Translations under genes and position numbers: made by a program
Notes under the pieces: generated by a model
What the model was told of the DNA's origin: nothing
Database searches by the model: none
The model's input: the letters and a program-made list of their open reading frames with translations, nothing else
Shown: positions 26,152 through 39,223 of the stretch, in pieces
Position numbering within the stretch: position 1 is the stretch's first letter
How the letters are laid out: each line of letters opens with the position of its first letter
From: Paramecium tetraurelia
Taxonomy: Eukaryota
DNA length: 64,000 bases
Assembly (NCBI GenBank): GCA_000165425.1
Contig: CT868002.1
Location: 1-64,000 of the forward strand
Direction of reading: 5' to 3'

Positions 26152-28680
26152 ATGTTAGCCACAATGAAGGGACGTAAGAGTTCTGCATCGAAATTCGATA
26201 GGAAAGAGTTTGATCAGAGAACATTGAGTGCTGCAGTGAATTTGATTATATATGGGTGTCATGTTCAAAAATATAACAAATCGAATAAGAAACCGATCTC
26301 TAGATTATACTATCTATATGAGGAGGACATGGATTATTTGTAATACCTGCATTCTGGAAGACCTTTTGCATAATGTAGAATACCGTTACTAGATATCATT
26401 GAATTAAGGGAAATTCCAACAACAGAATAATTCTAAAACCTGCCTTATCAAAGAACTCTATAAATAACTTTCGCCAGCAAGAAACATACGATTTTATTTA
26501 ACACAAAGGATGAAAGGGATTTATTTTGGTAAGGTTTGCAATATTTTATTGATGTGGCAGAACACAATTTAATAAGAGATATAAAAAGCACAAATGATAA
26601 TCCAATAGTTGAATAAATCACTTTAAAATAAATTAAAGGAATGCTTCCACAACTGTCAATCACAAAATAAGAAGTAAGTATTTCTAAATCTATTCACAGC
26701 TAAAAACACTGTTTAATCAATTCGATTTGGAAAGAAAAGGATACATTTCAAATTCTGATTATCAAGATCTACTAAAAAGATTAATGAATCAGGATTTTGT
26801 GCGATTTCTATTTGATAGATATGCAATACAATAAATGAACAAATAAGAGTTTATTAAATTCTTAACAAGTGAATAATCCCCATATCAAAAACAATGTGAA
26901 GATGCATTTAGATTGTTTGCCAAATAAGATGGAAATAGCTTTTCATTATCCTTCTTAGAATTCTTAAACTATCTACTAAGCACTTACAATCAATTGTTTG
27001 ATTATCAGAAAACACAAGTCTATCAATCTGAGGATTTCCCTTTGACTGACTATTGGATCAATTCTTCACACAACACCTATCTAATGGGAGATCAATTGAC
27101 AAGTGAAAGTTCCATTCAGGCCTACATCAATGCCTTTCAAAAAGGTTGTAGATGTGTGGAATTAGATTGTTGGGATGGAGATAATAATCAGCCGATTATT
27201 TATCATGGATTTACAATGACATCAAAAATATCATTCGAATCTGTTATCGAAACCATCAAAGAATATGGATTCAAATACTCAAAATACCCCCTGATTCTCT
27301 CTCTTGAGGTGCATTGTTGTGTTAAGTAACAAGATGTTATGACAGACATATTAAAAACGTATCTAAATGTCAATCTTCTACTTTTGCCAGATGATTACCA
27401 ATCTTCTGAATATTATCCAAAACTTAATAAGCTATATTATAAAGTAATCATAAAGCATAGAGGTAAAATGAAATCGAGTCTACAATATCGAGAAAGATTC
27501 ATTTCGATATCTCCAATCAATATAATTCCACCTCCTTTTGAAGAATCTGAAAGTCCAGACATTGTTAAAAAACCGAGTTCAAGTGTTTAAGTAGAATAAT
27601 ATCTAAATACGCCAAGTACATTAAAACCAAGATCGTAAAAGTCATTTAAGAGACAAGATCATGGATTGCCTATCAATTAATATCGACAATCTACTAATAT
27701 CTTCTAGATAGAAGAGGAGATGAAACCAAATAAAATAGTACATAACACGAAGACAGAAACTACTTTAAGACCTAAATATAAAATTTAAAATATTGAGACT
27801 CAAGTTCAATTTGATGCACCTAATCCCAGATGCCAAATTGTGCAAATGCCATTAAAAGTGGATTCAGATGAAGATATATCTATAGACAAGGCTAAAAAAG
27901 ACAAATCTGAAAGTCTTAAGTTGAGCTCTATTACAGCCTTATTTGGAGCACCAATAAAGCAATAAAACAGAACAGTTTGGGAAATCTCATCTTTGGAGGA
28001 GGGCAAAGTCAATGAAAATCTGCTTGATTATCATAGAAAGTACTTCACTCGAATATATCCATCTGGTTCAAGAGTAGATTCCAGTAATTATGACCCAATT
28101 CCAGCATTTAATAGTGGATCATAAATAGTGGCACTCAATTTTCAGACGAATGACATGCCTATGCTGATTAATATGTGTAAATTTATGGAGAATGGAGGAA
28201 TTGAATCTGGATATGTGTTGAAACCTTAATGGATGAGATCAGATGGAAAGAAAAAGATTAATGAATTTACTTCTATTCAATTGTCATTCACTCTCAGTAT
28301 ATTAGTGGGTTATAATCTTAGATTATTGAATGTATTTTAATTCTTTTATTTAAAAGGATTAAAATGCGAAGGTTAACCCCTCAATTAAAATTTCTATCAG
28401 AGGCCTATTATAGGATGAATAAAATAACAAACCGTAAATCGCAACCATCTCGCAAAATGGATTAAATCCTTAATTTAACTTTATTTATAAGTACAATATT
28501 AGATGTCCAGACTTGGCATTTTTGATATTTGAGGTACTCGATGCCAGCAAGTCATTCTTAGGATGGAGTGCCATACCTCTTTCATGTATGTCTTATGGCT
28601 ATAGGGCTGTTTAATTATTGAGTTAATATTTGAAGCCGTTGCCTAAGAGTTGCCTCCTGGTTCATGTTCAAAAACATTGA
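26152..28680 (+). CDS. PLC: Phosphoinositide-specific phospholipase C (PH-EF-X-Y-C2)
   Basis: X box YWINSSHNTYLMGDQL..GCRCVELDCWDG..IIYHGFT..PLILSLEVHC; Y box FTRIYPSGSRVDSSNYDP..QIVALNFQT; C-terminal C2. The 26- and 25-nt introns restore the frame exactly. Confidence 0.95.
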
Positions 28681-28700
28681 CTGAAACTTTTATAATTAAT

Positions 28701-29661
28701 ATGTTTAATAATATTAAGAGAAACTTAACAATCTTTAACAGAGACATCGTTGAATCATCTTGGCTGAAAAGCTTGATTGACGATGTACCTAAGGCAAAAC
28801 ACATTCAAGTAGTGTTTATCCGCTATTTTCACTTAGATACTTCAGAACTGTCTATAAGGGGAATATATTAATGTTGACCCAAAAATTGCACTTCGAAAGA
28901 TTTCACTAAGATTGCAACACTCTCAAAAACCTTTAAATGCTCTCAAATCCCTATATTTGGCACATGTTCTAAATAAGTTTCTGATACCTTAATTGACAGA
29001 TAAAATTATTGACCAATAGTGCAAAGATCCAGCAGATCTCTTAATGGCTTCTGTTGCTCATTTATATTATTCTTATCTCAAGTCACAAAAAAATGTTTTT
29101 GAAAAGATCGACAGCATTTTTAAGATGAATAGATAACTCGAAGTCTTACTGCTAAAGACCAATATACCAATAATAAAGGAAATACTCTATCTACTTATGA
29201 TTGATATAATAGCTTTATTTCATTCAATTGATTAGTAAGATGATCAAGAAAAAAGGATTAGAGCTATGAAATAAGTGAGAAGATTTATTGATTTAAAAGG
29301 ATATTTATAAATGAATTAAGAGTTACAAAATAAACTGAACACACTTAACTTCCAAGAAATCAAGTAATAGCAATAAATTGAATGGAAAATTTGTAAAACT
29401 AATCCAAACAATTAAGAAATTCAAACTCAACATTTTGAATTGAATAAAAAGCAACTCTCAATACAAATAAATGAAAGTACAAATTTTGAAAATTACTAAA
29501 CTTGCCAAGAACATCCATAAGATAGAAGAATGAGTTTACAAACTAGAACTATATCAAACCAAAGAGGAATTGTTTAATCTAATACAACCACTTCCTCATC
29601 TATTAGAAATAACTTCTTTATCCCTAAATAAGGACCATTATCTTTTTTGATTCCAAGTTGA
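28701..29661 (+). CDS. ANTH/ENTH-like domain protein
   Basis: KSLIDDVPKAKHIQ..ALKSLYLAHVL..HLYYSYL; one short intron. Confidence 0.6.
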
Positions 29662-29850
29662 ATATATATATAAAGAGAATGTTAATTTTACTCAATAAAC
29701 TTAACTTATTAAATTTTACATCATCTAAATACTAAAATAGAGAGAAGCTGATGTCAATTGATGAGGAGAAAGTAGCCAGACAATTTTAAGGATTTGTAAT
29801 TTAAGGATATATTTGATTTTAGATTATTATAATAATTTCTTTAAAAACAA

Positions 29851-30623
29851 ATGATGATTGCTGAGGATTTTGATAGTGAGGTTTATGATACTTCACTAGA
29901 TAAATTTAAAACATATGAGGAATACTTGGATTCTCACATCACAAAGGAGGATCTATTTTATCTAGAAGACATCGAATTGGCCAGATAATTGAAAGAGCAA
30001 GGATATCATGCAAAGACAGAAATTTTGAGTCGTGATCAATTTGAGGCCAAAAAGAAGGCTGTAGAAGAAGCTAGATTAAACTAAAATAAAGATAAAACTA
30101 AGGCACTCGCTCACACTGAAGTTAGTGATCCTTCCATTATTGAAAAATCACCTTTTTTGAGAGCCTTGGCTGAAAGGTAATTGTTATTTTTAAATAATAG
30201 AGAATTAAAGGTCTTGAATGGAAAATTATTAACAATTATTTTTATCAGATTAGAATCAGCTAATTGCGAAGTAAGCGGTTACATTGATTATGCACATCGT
30301 TTGAAAACTGAAGATTTTAAAATATATTTTGAAGGGAAGAAAAAATTGTAACCTAGACCAACAGATCTGTCTTATTATAATTGGAGGACTGGGTAGTGTG
30401 TTTCAAACGATTCTCCTAATTTCAAAGTGGATGCTAATTCTGGATAACAAGGGTTACTATTTAGAAACAAAAGAGATAGAAAAGTATTAATTTGGTACTA
30501 TTAACAAAGGTTATTAATGTAGATCCAAATAAAAAACCAGAAGATGGAATGACAAGGACTGAAATAGAATCTCCGGAAGCAATTTAAATCGTTTTGTACG
30601 ACTATTACACAAGAAAAAAATGA
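29851..30623 (+). CDS. CFAP299: Cilia- and flagella-associated protein 299 (C4orf22/DUF4464)
   Basis: FKTYEEYLDSHITKEDLFYLEDIELARQL..G; LLTIIFIR..EVSGYIDYAHRLKTEDF..PTDLSYYNW..GLLFRNKRDRK. Confidence 0.9.
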
Positions 30624-30929
30624 ATGTTTTATTATTTATTATTATATTTATAATATTAATTAGTATAGGCAAGTTCTTAAATTAACTAATTAAGTAATAC
30701 TAAGGTGTTTAATTAGCGTAAATTTATATAACTATAGCAAGTTAGTAAATTATCGCGATATTCATTATTATGGTTTTATTTTGTCATTGATTTTCCATCA
30801 AATTCAGATACAAATTCCATCCTTGTTCATCTACTCAATTAATGAAATCTAAGTTTGTCTATTTTTAATATAATCCTCAATCCCTTTTTTATTTTTCTTA
30901 TCATATTAAATTGTGTGAGCATAGAAAAA

Positions 30930-33848
30930 ATGAATTCAGAATTGGGATCCATCTCAGAACGTGCTCCTTTAAAAACTTAGCCGACTCTTCCAAAATAATA
31001 GCTAAGGCCAGCATTCTTAAAGACGGTTAATTTGAAAACTATACACACTAATAGAATGAACTCATTTCAAAATAAAATCTGGAGAGATAGAGCACTTTTA
31101 GTACTAATCTAAGTACTTCGCTTTATATCGCTTATTACTCGCAGTCCCTTTGCATCAAAATTCTCTTTATTAGATAGAAATATGTTTAGAATTATTGGGG
31201 ATAAAGCAGCTGATTTTAATTATTACCTACTCCATGATTATTTTAAATATATGGTAATATGTCAATCTTATCAAGAAACCCGAATAATCCTCTCGCGTCA
31301 AATATTTCTTACAATAGCACCTTTATAAGATTTGTTACATGAAAGGAGTCATGGATTATATGACCAATTTAAGGCTCATCTTTGAACCAGAGTCCATTTT
31401 ACTACTGTTATGGAATATTCTGTAACTCATAACCATCAATTTAAACATACTGTATATAACTGTTAAATTTTCTTTTGATTTTGAAAACTATCCACCTGAA
31501 AGTTATCAATTTTGTGAAATTTTTCTATTCAAAGTCCCCTTTTTTTTATATTTGATAGATATCCTTATTTAACTTAACACATGCTACTACGAAGCAGGCT
31601 ATCTAGTTAAGGATAGAAATAAGATTTGGTACAACTTTTACAAAAATAGTATATTTCAAGTTTAAAAATTTTAGATTTTTTTAATAATTTATTTATATTA
31701 GTGCCTACCTCCATTTACTTTTTAGCCTTATAAGATTCCCCACTTTATTTATTTATGCTTCTGAAGGCTATATCAATTCCAACAATAACAGAAGCCATCA
31801 TAGACAGAGTAGAGCTTACAACCAATTACTGGATCATCTATGACCTAATCCGTTTGATTTACGTGATACTTTACGAATCGCATATCTGTTGTTGTGGATT
31901 ATTCTATGTAGGACTTTTGAACAAGGAAGCATCTTGGTTATTGCAAAATGACCTAATCAATGAAACTTGGATTATAAAATATGTATATTTATATTTTATC
32001 TTAGCTCAGTACATTTTATTGGAGCATAATCACTATGACTACAATAGGCTATGGTGATATTACACCTTAGAATTTATTTGAAAAGTCGTTTTTAATATTT
32101 GTTGCTATTTTTTCATGTTGTACATTTGGTTATTCAATTAATTGTATTGGCTAAATCATAGGGTAATTGCAATCGAAGAATCACTAAATTCGAGTTGATT
32201 TGAATGATTTAAAATAGTATCTTAGAGTTAGGGGGTACAATAGTAAATTGTAGATTAAGATTCTTAGATTTTTTGAATATTTATGGAAGGATTAAAAGAA
32301 TGAAAATCAACTAGATCTAGTTAAATTCAACTAACAATTGCCATCTCATTTGCATAGTGTAAGATAAATAATATTATAGGAAATGATGATAGACCTTAAC
32401 ATGAAAAGTATATCAAAGATTCCTTTTTTCAAAGAGAATTTTAATGAGGATTTCATATCAGCTTTGGCATCTAAGTTTACAGAAGAAAAGTTGGTTCCCT
32501 TCAATACAATATTTTCAAAGAATGATCCTAGCAATTTTTTATACATCTTATGTGATGGGGAAATTGAATATTTTGTAGAAATTCCAGAGGGTTCTGCTAC
32601 TATTTTAAGTATACAGACAATAACTGGGTAGGACGAAATATTTGGTTAGCAAGAGTTTCTCTTGGATCAGAATTATGAAATAAGTTGTAGGTCAACTACA
32701 TCATCGAGAATATTGAAAATATCCAAAATGGACTTCAATATAATAGCTAAGAAATTTGGATATGTATATAGCTTTGTTAATCCTAGGAAAAATATTGTTA
32801 ATTGAAAGATTTAGTCAAATTCTCTGGTCGATTTGATGAATTTCAAATGCATTGTGTTGGATGTAATAAATCTACACATATGCTCTATTAATGTCCAATG
32901 CTAACTGGCTTTCCTAATAAAACCAAAATAATCATTCAATATCGTAAGAATCAATTGTAAGAAAGGAAGTTCCACACAAGAAATAACTTAAAAAGAAGAT
33001 TGTCATCACTCATTTTTGAGGCATAGATATCGGACACTGTGCTTTACTATCTATTGAAAGACCCAAAACTATCCTTATAGATCAGTTCATAATATTACAT
33101 TCAAACCTTAAAACAGCAGTAGATGTAAAAAGAGTTATAAAATAATAACTCTAATTTGCATAAGCTGCCTAAAGATGAGGTGAGGTAAACAGGAAGAAAG
33201 CAATCAGTTTTGAATATTAAAGGCAGAAAGCAATCCCAATATATTAAAAGATTGCCTGATTTCCTTAATGGTCAGTATATCAATTTTAAATCAATGGCTG
33301 AAGATAAGATTAAAATGGGAGTAGACAATGTTTCTAAGAATGTGCTCTGCATAACAATCGGAGACTCCCAGTCCTGAAAGAAAACAAAATACGAAGATGA
33401 AAACTCAGGATGAAATCAATATATTTGAATAGCATAGGATCTCTGCAGATATTGCTAAGACTTTGTCTTTCAAATCCATGAATTAATCATCTTAGGATTA
33501 GGAATAACTAAATTCGGATACTGATAGTGTTAAGGAAAATTCTGAATTGTCATAGTAGAATTCTTCGCTCTCATAGACGAGCAGTGAATCTCCTTCAAAA
33601 AACTAGAAGGATGTCAGTCCTGGGATTGATCAAATCACTCAGATTTATATGGGTACATACAAAGATATTTTTGAGAAATTCGACAAATTCCAGGATTTTA
33701 TTAAAATTATATGACACATATGAATTCTTCTAAGATTCTGGAACAACTCAATCAATTCAAAGAGACACAGAATTTTACTGATTTTATGAATGTTAACTTT
33801 GTGAGAAAGCGTAGATCGAAGCGTAGTAAATTGGTAATAAAAATTTGA
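30930..33848 (+). CDS. Cyclic-nucleotide-binding-domain (EAG/HCN-like) K+ channel; two apparent frameshifts in the C-terminal tail
   Basis: Pore FYWSIITMTTIGYGDITP; CNBD IFSKNDPSNFLYILCDGEI..FG; CVGC..H...CP Zn knuckle; frame breaks near 33345 and 33700. Confidence 0.88.
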
Positions 33849-33874
33849 TTATTGAGATTATTATTAATTTATTT

Positions 33875-35601
33875 ATGTACAGATTTAAACTCTGTCTAAA
33901 TTATTCACGTTTGAATTAATCACTTTCTGCTTTTTTGAAAAAGTATAAGACGAATTAAAAGAAATGTGATTCATGTTGACAATAAATTAGTGGAAATTGA
34001 TAAAAGTATTTCACGATAGCCAAAACCAATCCAACCATAATTAACAATCCCTCAAGAAGATCAATTAAAATAGAAATATCTCTTATAGAGAGCAAAAGTG
34101 ATTGATCTCAACGAGAAGGACAACTTCAGTCATTTTAATAGAGCACAATAATTGGCATTAGATAAATAAGTAAAGTAAGTAGGGGACGAGTATAAAGTGG
34201 AGGCAGAAGTATTGAAATTACAAAACAAAGGAGAATTGTGTAATGATTCATATTATTATTCAAAGTGATTGACGACACAAAACTTCCAAAAATATTCTTG
34301 TCAACTTTGGATAAGTAAAGAAGGAAAGGTAAGAGAATGCTAAGGAGATTCTTTATCGAAGGTGAACATCGCTACGTGAAGGAGAACATCTATAAATTTA
34401 GAAGTGTGGCTGAATGGAAGAAATACATGAGATTCAAGAAGCCACTGTTGATTGATTTGAAAATGGAAAAATTTAAGAGGTATCCAGGTACAGACAAGGG
34501 GAAATTCCCTATGTAAGACAAGCTTGGATTTACAAGTAAAATTTGATCTCAAATTTATAGAGTGGTTTAGAGAAAATCATACCTAGAAAACAGTGGATGC
34601 AATTGAATATTTAGTCAAAAAAGGATATGGTAAACAATCTGAAATAATGATGAAGAAGAAGAAGGGTTATAGATTAAGGACAAAGAAAGCACTAGAAAAA
34701 GTTGAATCGAAAAATAGATTAACAAGAATAAAGCAAGAAATGTATGAGGAGTCAAATTGGGAGACTGTGGCTCCAGGACCAGCACTATTCGTCAAGGAAA
34801 CCATGATGGAACAATTGTTAAAGAGAAATCCAATAAAAGATTTGGGATTAAACACTCATATTAAAATTCAAACTCATATACCTGAAGGAGAAGTTCAACC
34901 ATTGCCTGACAAGTACCCATTAGAGAAGACCTAATTGATTTATTATTTGGAAAGATGGTCATTTTTCAGATCATTTGGAGCATATTCATTATTGAAGGAT
35001 ATTACATCTGGTAAACTTTAATAGACTCCACAGGAACCTGTTAAGTCTGGATCCTTGAATACATATTACTAGACATTGCCTAAACATATCAGAGATAATC
35101 CAAATGTTAAGAATGTGTACAGAGGATTGGAATTCGCTAATAATTAGATGACTTTGGCTGAGAAAGAAAGCTCTTTGAATTATGCTGCCAGATTATCTTG
35201 CTAATTTGATGAAATGAATCAAGATGTCTACGATAAAAGGATCAGCTGGGATACAGACCCATGATTTCAAGATTCGATGAAGAAAGATTGATGCAAGATC
35301 AAGAAAATGAACATGTCGATACTGCTATTGTAATTCAAATTTTATTATTCATTTAATTAGAATCCTGATGTAGTCTTCAAGTATTTAGAACAGAGAGCAC
35401 ACACTCCAAGACACGTTGCTAAGGATGATCTACCTCTTCCTGATTGGGCTGTAGATTAATCAGAGAGAGTGGATGATATTCCTGTTGATTACTACATCAA
35501 CGATGATGGTTTCTGGAGATGATTACATCAAAGCCAAAGAAGAAAAACACTTGAAAGACAGTCCAATATCTGGAGGAAAGAAATATTTTAGACATATTTG
35601 A
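33875..35601 (+). pseudogene. Basic K/R-rich protein (possibly mitochondrial/mitoribosomal) with three single-base frameshifts; recent pseudogene or assembly error
   Basis: Long coding frame with 26-, 25- and 31-nt introns. Frame breaks at ~33940 (+1), ~35250 (-1) and ~35517 (+1), each followed by a clean coding continuation. Confidence 0.6.
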
Positions 35602-35632
35602 AAGAGTATTTTTATAATAATAACATTATCTT

Positions 35633-37627
35633 ATGTTTCTGTGGCCAGAAGGATATAATCGTCAACCGTAGAATCCACTTAAAGAATTAATTGAGAAGAC
35701 TCAAGGTGATATTCTCCTGCTGCTTGAGGCAGAACTATTTGTAAAACAAGCAAGATTGGGCGATGCATTAGCAGTGGAAACTCTGGTGCAGGGCACTGTT
35801 GGTTTACTAGAAGTTATGTTTATGGACTATGAACATGTGTTAAGTGAACATTTTGAACAATTGACCAACCAGTATGCCATCATGTGGGAATTAATCGACC
35901 TCAAACTTGAAAAAGTTAATGCTCAAATTCTGGTAATTATGTCTTCTCTAAAATTAGACTCATTGGGAATTAGTGTTTCAATTGTTAAGTAATCAGTTAA
36001 CAGTAGAAATATAATGGTATTTTGCTTTACGCATCATCTCATTTGTTAGTTAAGAGAAATCTGCTCTCCTAGATAATCATCAAGATAAGTTGATCAAATT
36101 GTATCATCATCTTGAATACACGTATGTAGCCTAACTCATCATCGAAATGATGGGTGCTCGTATGAATTAATATCAGCAATCATTCCTAAGTAAAGGCATT
36201 TAAGAATTTGATTAATTAACTGAATTGCAAGCCATTAACTTTACTTAAGTAATTCATGAACTCTTCACGAAATCTAAGAATAAGGACTTGATTGATTTCA
36301 TAACAACCAGTCAAGTTTTGGCCAAAATGTTCGGAGTTATTTAATAAACGAATAAAATGTAAGATTCGTCTACTATACAATAGAGTGACCAAAAATGCTG
36401 CTCACATCATTTCTATCATCTCAAATCATTATTCTATTGAAATGCAGAATTTAGATCTGGAGGAGGAAGAGTCAGAACAAATCACTTCTTAGTTTCATTC
36501 CACTAATTTTTACAAAGTCATCACTGCCAATCTACACATAATCAATAATATCATTAAAGACTATTGTGATAACAAGTAAAAAATAAGTCAATTGATAATC
36601 AAATTAATAGAAGTAAAATTTATAATTTATAATTCTTTAGATTGTTGACAATTTAGTTAGAATCACAGATGTCTCACTTTGGGAATGTATGCATTAATCT
36701 GAAATCATGGTTTCAATGATTAGATTATGCAATGTATATTCAAAATCAGACATCCTATCCTCTTAAGTGGAAAGAATAGTTTTTTATATATTTGAAAGAG
36801 CCTTAAATGATAATCATCCCTTTTGGGCATTTTAATTTATCAAGGTTTATCAAATATAAAACAACGCAAATTCTATGTTTAATAGATAAGTTTTCTCTTT
36901 TGAGTAGGAGTTGAATACAAAAATAACCAAAGAATTGGATTACATTACATATGATGCCTAGATCCTAGAAATTAATTCTGAATTGCAACAATCTAAAAAT
37001 TGGGAAAGAACCAAATGGGAATTGAAATTATAACAATGCGAAAATTAAAAAAAATTAGGATCTCAAATGTAAATAAATGATGAAGAAATTAAATTGGTTG
37101 AAAGGAATGAAATCAAAAATGAAGTTAAGGACACTTCTGAGGAAATGAAAGAAGGATTAGAGAATACTGTGGAAGTAAGTAAGGAAGAACAAAAGTAGAA
37201 CAATTATGAGGCAAGTGAAGACTAGAAAGAATAAGAATTAGTTAAAGATAGTGAATCAGATTCATCATCATCATCATCTTCTTCAAATGAAGAGACTCAA
37301 AAATAGAGTGATTCACAAGTTAAGAAAGACAAGTCATATATGACTGTTTCAGCAAATTTAGAATAGATGTCATTCCAAAATCGAAAAAATAAGTTAAATT
37401 TAGACCAAATAGAGAAGATTAGAAAGAAATCAATTCAATTTGAGAAGATTTCATTGCAAATGAGTCAAGCTGGGAGAAGACTGTCATTGTAGGCTGGTCT
37501 AAGTATTAAGGAGCTTAGTCCGACTTATTCCGAGTTCAAACTTGATTTAGACAAAAAGGTTCTTCGTAATGTCAATGACAATTCAATTTTGAAAGTAGAT
37601 GAACTAGATTCAATCATCAATCAATGA
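35633..37627 (+). CDS. SIT4/PP6 phosphatase-associated (SAPS)-like protein
   Basis: N-terminus MFLW..PLKELIEK..LLLLEAELFVKQAR resembles the SAPS start; helical core and acidic Ser-rich tail. Confidence 0.5.
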
Positions 37628-38186
37628 ATAGCTTTGTATCAATATTATCGTCAATTATATTCCAACCTCCAATTCCCCATTCATTCTTAAATGATTAGAA
37701 TTCTTTTGGTTTTGGTTTTTTTTCATAGCAAATTTAGGTTTTAAATAGGTTTGACAACGAAACCTTTTATATTACTGGAATTCTACACATAGCAGGTGCT
37801 GTCTCAATTCTTATTTGGCCCTCATTTTAATGTCTTGATTGTTTAAATCCTGATTTCAAACGAATGCTTTTAAATGCAGGACATTTACTGTGAATACGAT
37901 CAGTTTAATAAGAAAAATTTGGTTAAGCAGGCAGTGTTTTAAGAGTGCAAATAGGAATTGAAGAATCTTTTAGCTTGAGGAATTTCTGAGTCTGAAACAT
38001 TGATTTAATGAGCAGAGGGTTTTTTAATTGAATGGGTTGTCTGATCCCATATTTCGATTATGGAAAATGTAAACATGGAGACGACTTTTTAAGTAAGATG
38101 TCATGTTGTGTTCTTCGAGTTTGATTTAGTTATAAACTAATAGTATCTTTGTTATGTTGGCAATCAATAATTAATTCCTTATCCAT
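37617..38186 (-). CDS. Hypothetical protein (189 aa) with C-terminal EWGIGGW motif
   Basis: Fully open code-6 frame from ATG 38186 to TGA 37617. Confidence 0.7.
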
Positions 38187-38199
38187 TATATAATATTTT

Positions 38200-39014
38200 A
38201 TGTTTATTTTAGTTTTATTTGGTTATAAACAATATAAGGTGTTCACCATTGATGTTCTGGGCAATACATTATTAGATTGTATATGGACTCAAGCCATTAA
38301 GGAAATCACTAAAGTAAAATTGATCTACGATTTTCAAAATAGCTACTTACAACCAAAGAAGAATCACATCAGAAGGACTAAAAGACAGCTTAACAGAAAA
38401 TAACATCAAATGAGAAGAGAATTGCAGCAATCAATCAGCAACTATAGGAAGAAGGCTTACTCGAGGCACCCACTGGAAAGAAAGTTACAATAAGCATAAT
38501 TTAATATAGGATGACAAAAAAGGAGCTAAACCGCCTCCTCAGAAGAAGGGCAAAGATGCTCCTCCAAGTAATCCTTTGGAAGCAGAAAAATTGGAATTGT
38601 AAAAGGATACTGAGAAGTAGTAAGAGTATGTGACAAAGTACACAGATAAATTGAACAAGATAAAGGTGGCATCCGAGAAGTTCAGAGATCTGAATGAGAG
38701 ATATCATAACGATTAATTAGTGATTGAATTGTGTGATAAAACTGGGGAACGCAAATTTGTCAAGACCAAATTAGATGGAATTGCGAATACCTTCTTAAGT
38801 GATAAAGGCACTTACATTTTAGCCTATTTGTAAGCCCCTGCCACACGTATTTCTTTTATATTGAATGATAGCTGACGAGGAAGAATAGTTATTGGCATTA
38901 GAATTTGAGGGTTATTTGGCAAGAACGGTTGATGAAGATATTGGAGCAGTTGAAGAACCATTATTATAATTACAACCAAAAAAGGACGATAAGAAAAAGA
39001 AAGGAAAGAAATGA
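38200..39014 (+). CDS. CXorf65/C22orf15-like ciliary protein
   Basis: MFILVLFG..FTIDVLGNTLLDCI ... VIELCDKTGE..FLSDKGTYIL; three introns; Lys-rich inserts. Confidence 0.55.
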
Positions 39015-39223
39015 TTTATATGCAATTCCATTTGATTATCAATATAAAAATCTTTTAAAGCTAAGGCTAAGGTTTAGTTTAGAATTTCAATTTTTATTAT
39101 TATTACTTTGATATTAATCTACAATTTAAAACACTATTCATTTAGAGCTATAAAATGCTTTAAATTAAGACTCTGTATAGGCTGTTTACATCAATTGATT
39201 TTACATTTATTTTCAATAAAAAT

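Noticed and set aside
35262..35522. Selenocysteine or TGA readthrough to explain the internal stops
   Set aside because: Staying in frame after 35262 hits another TGA and poor sequence; the coding continuation is in a different frame.
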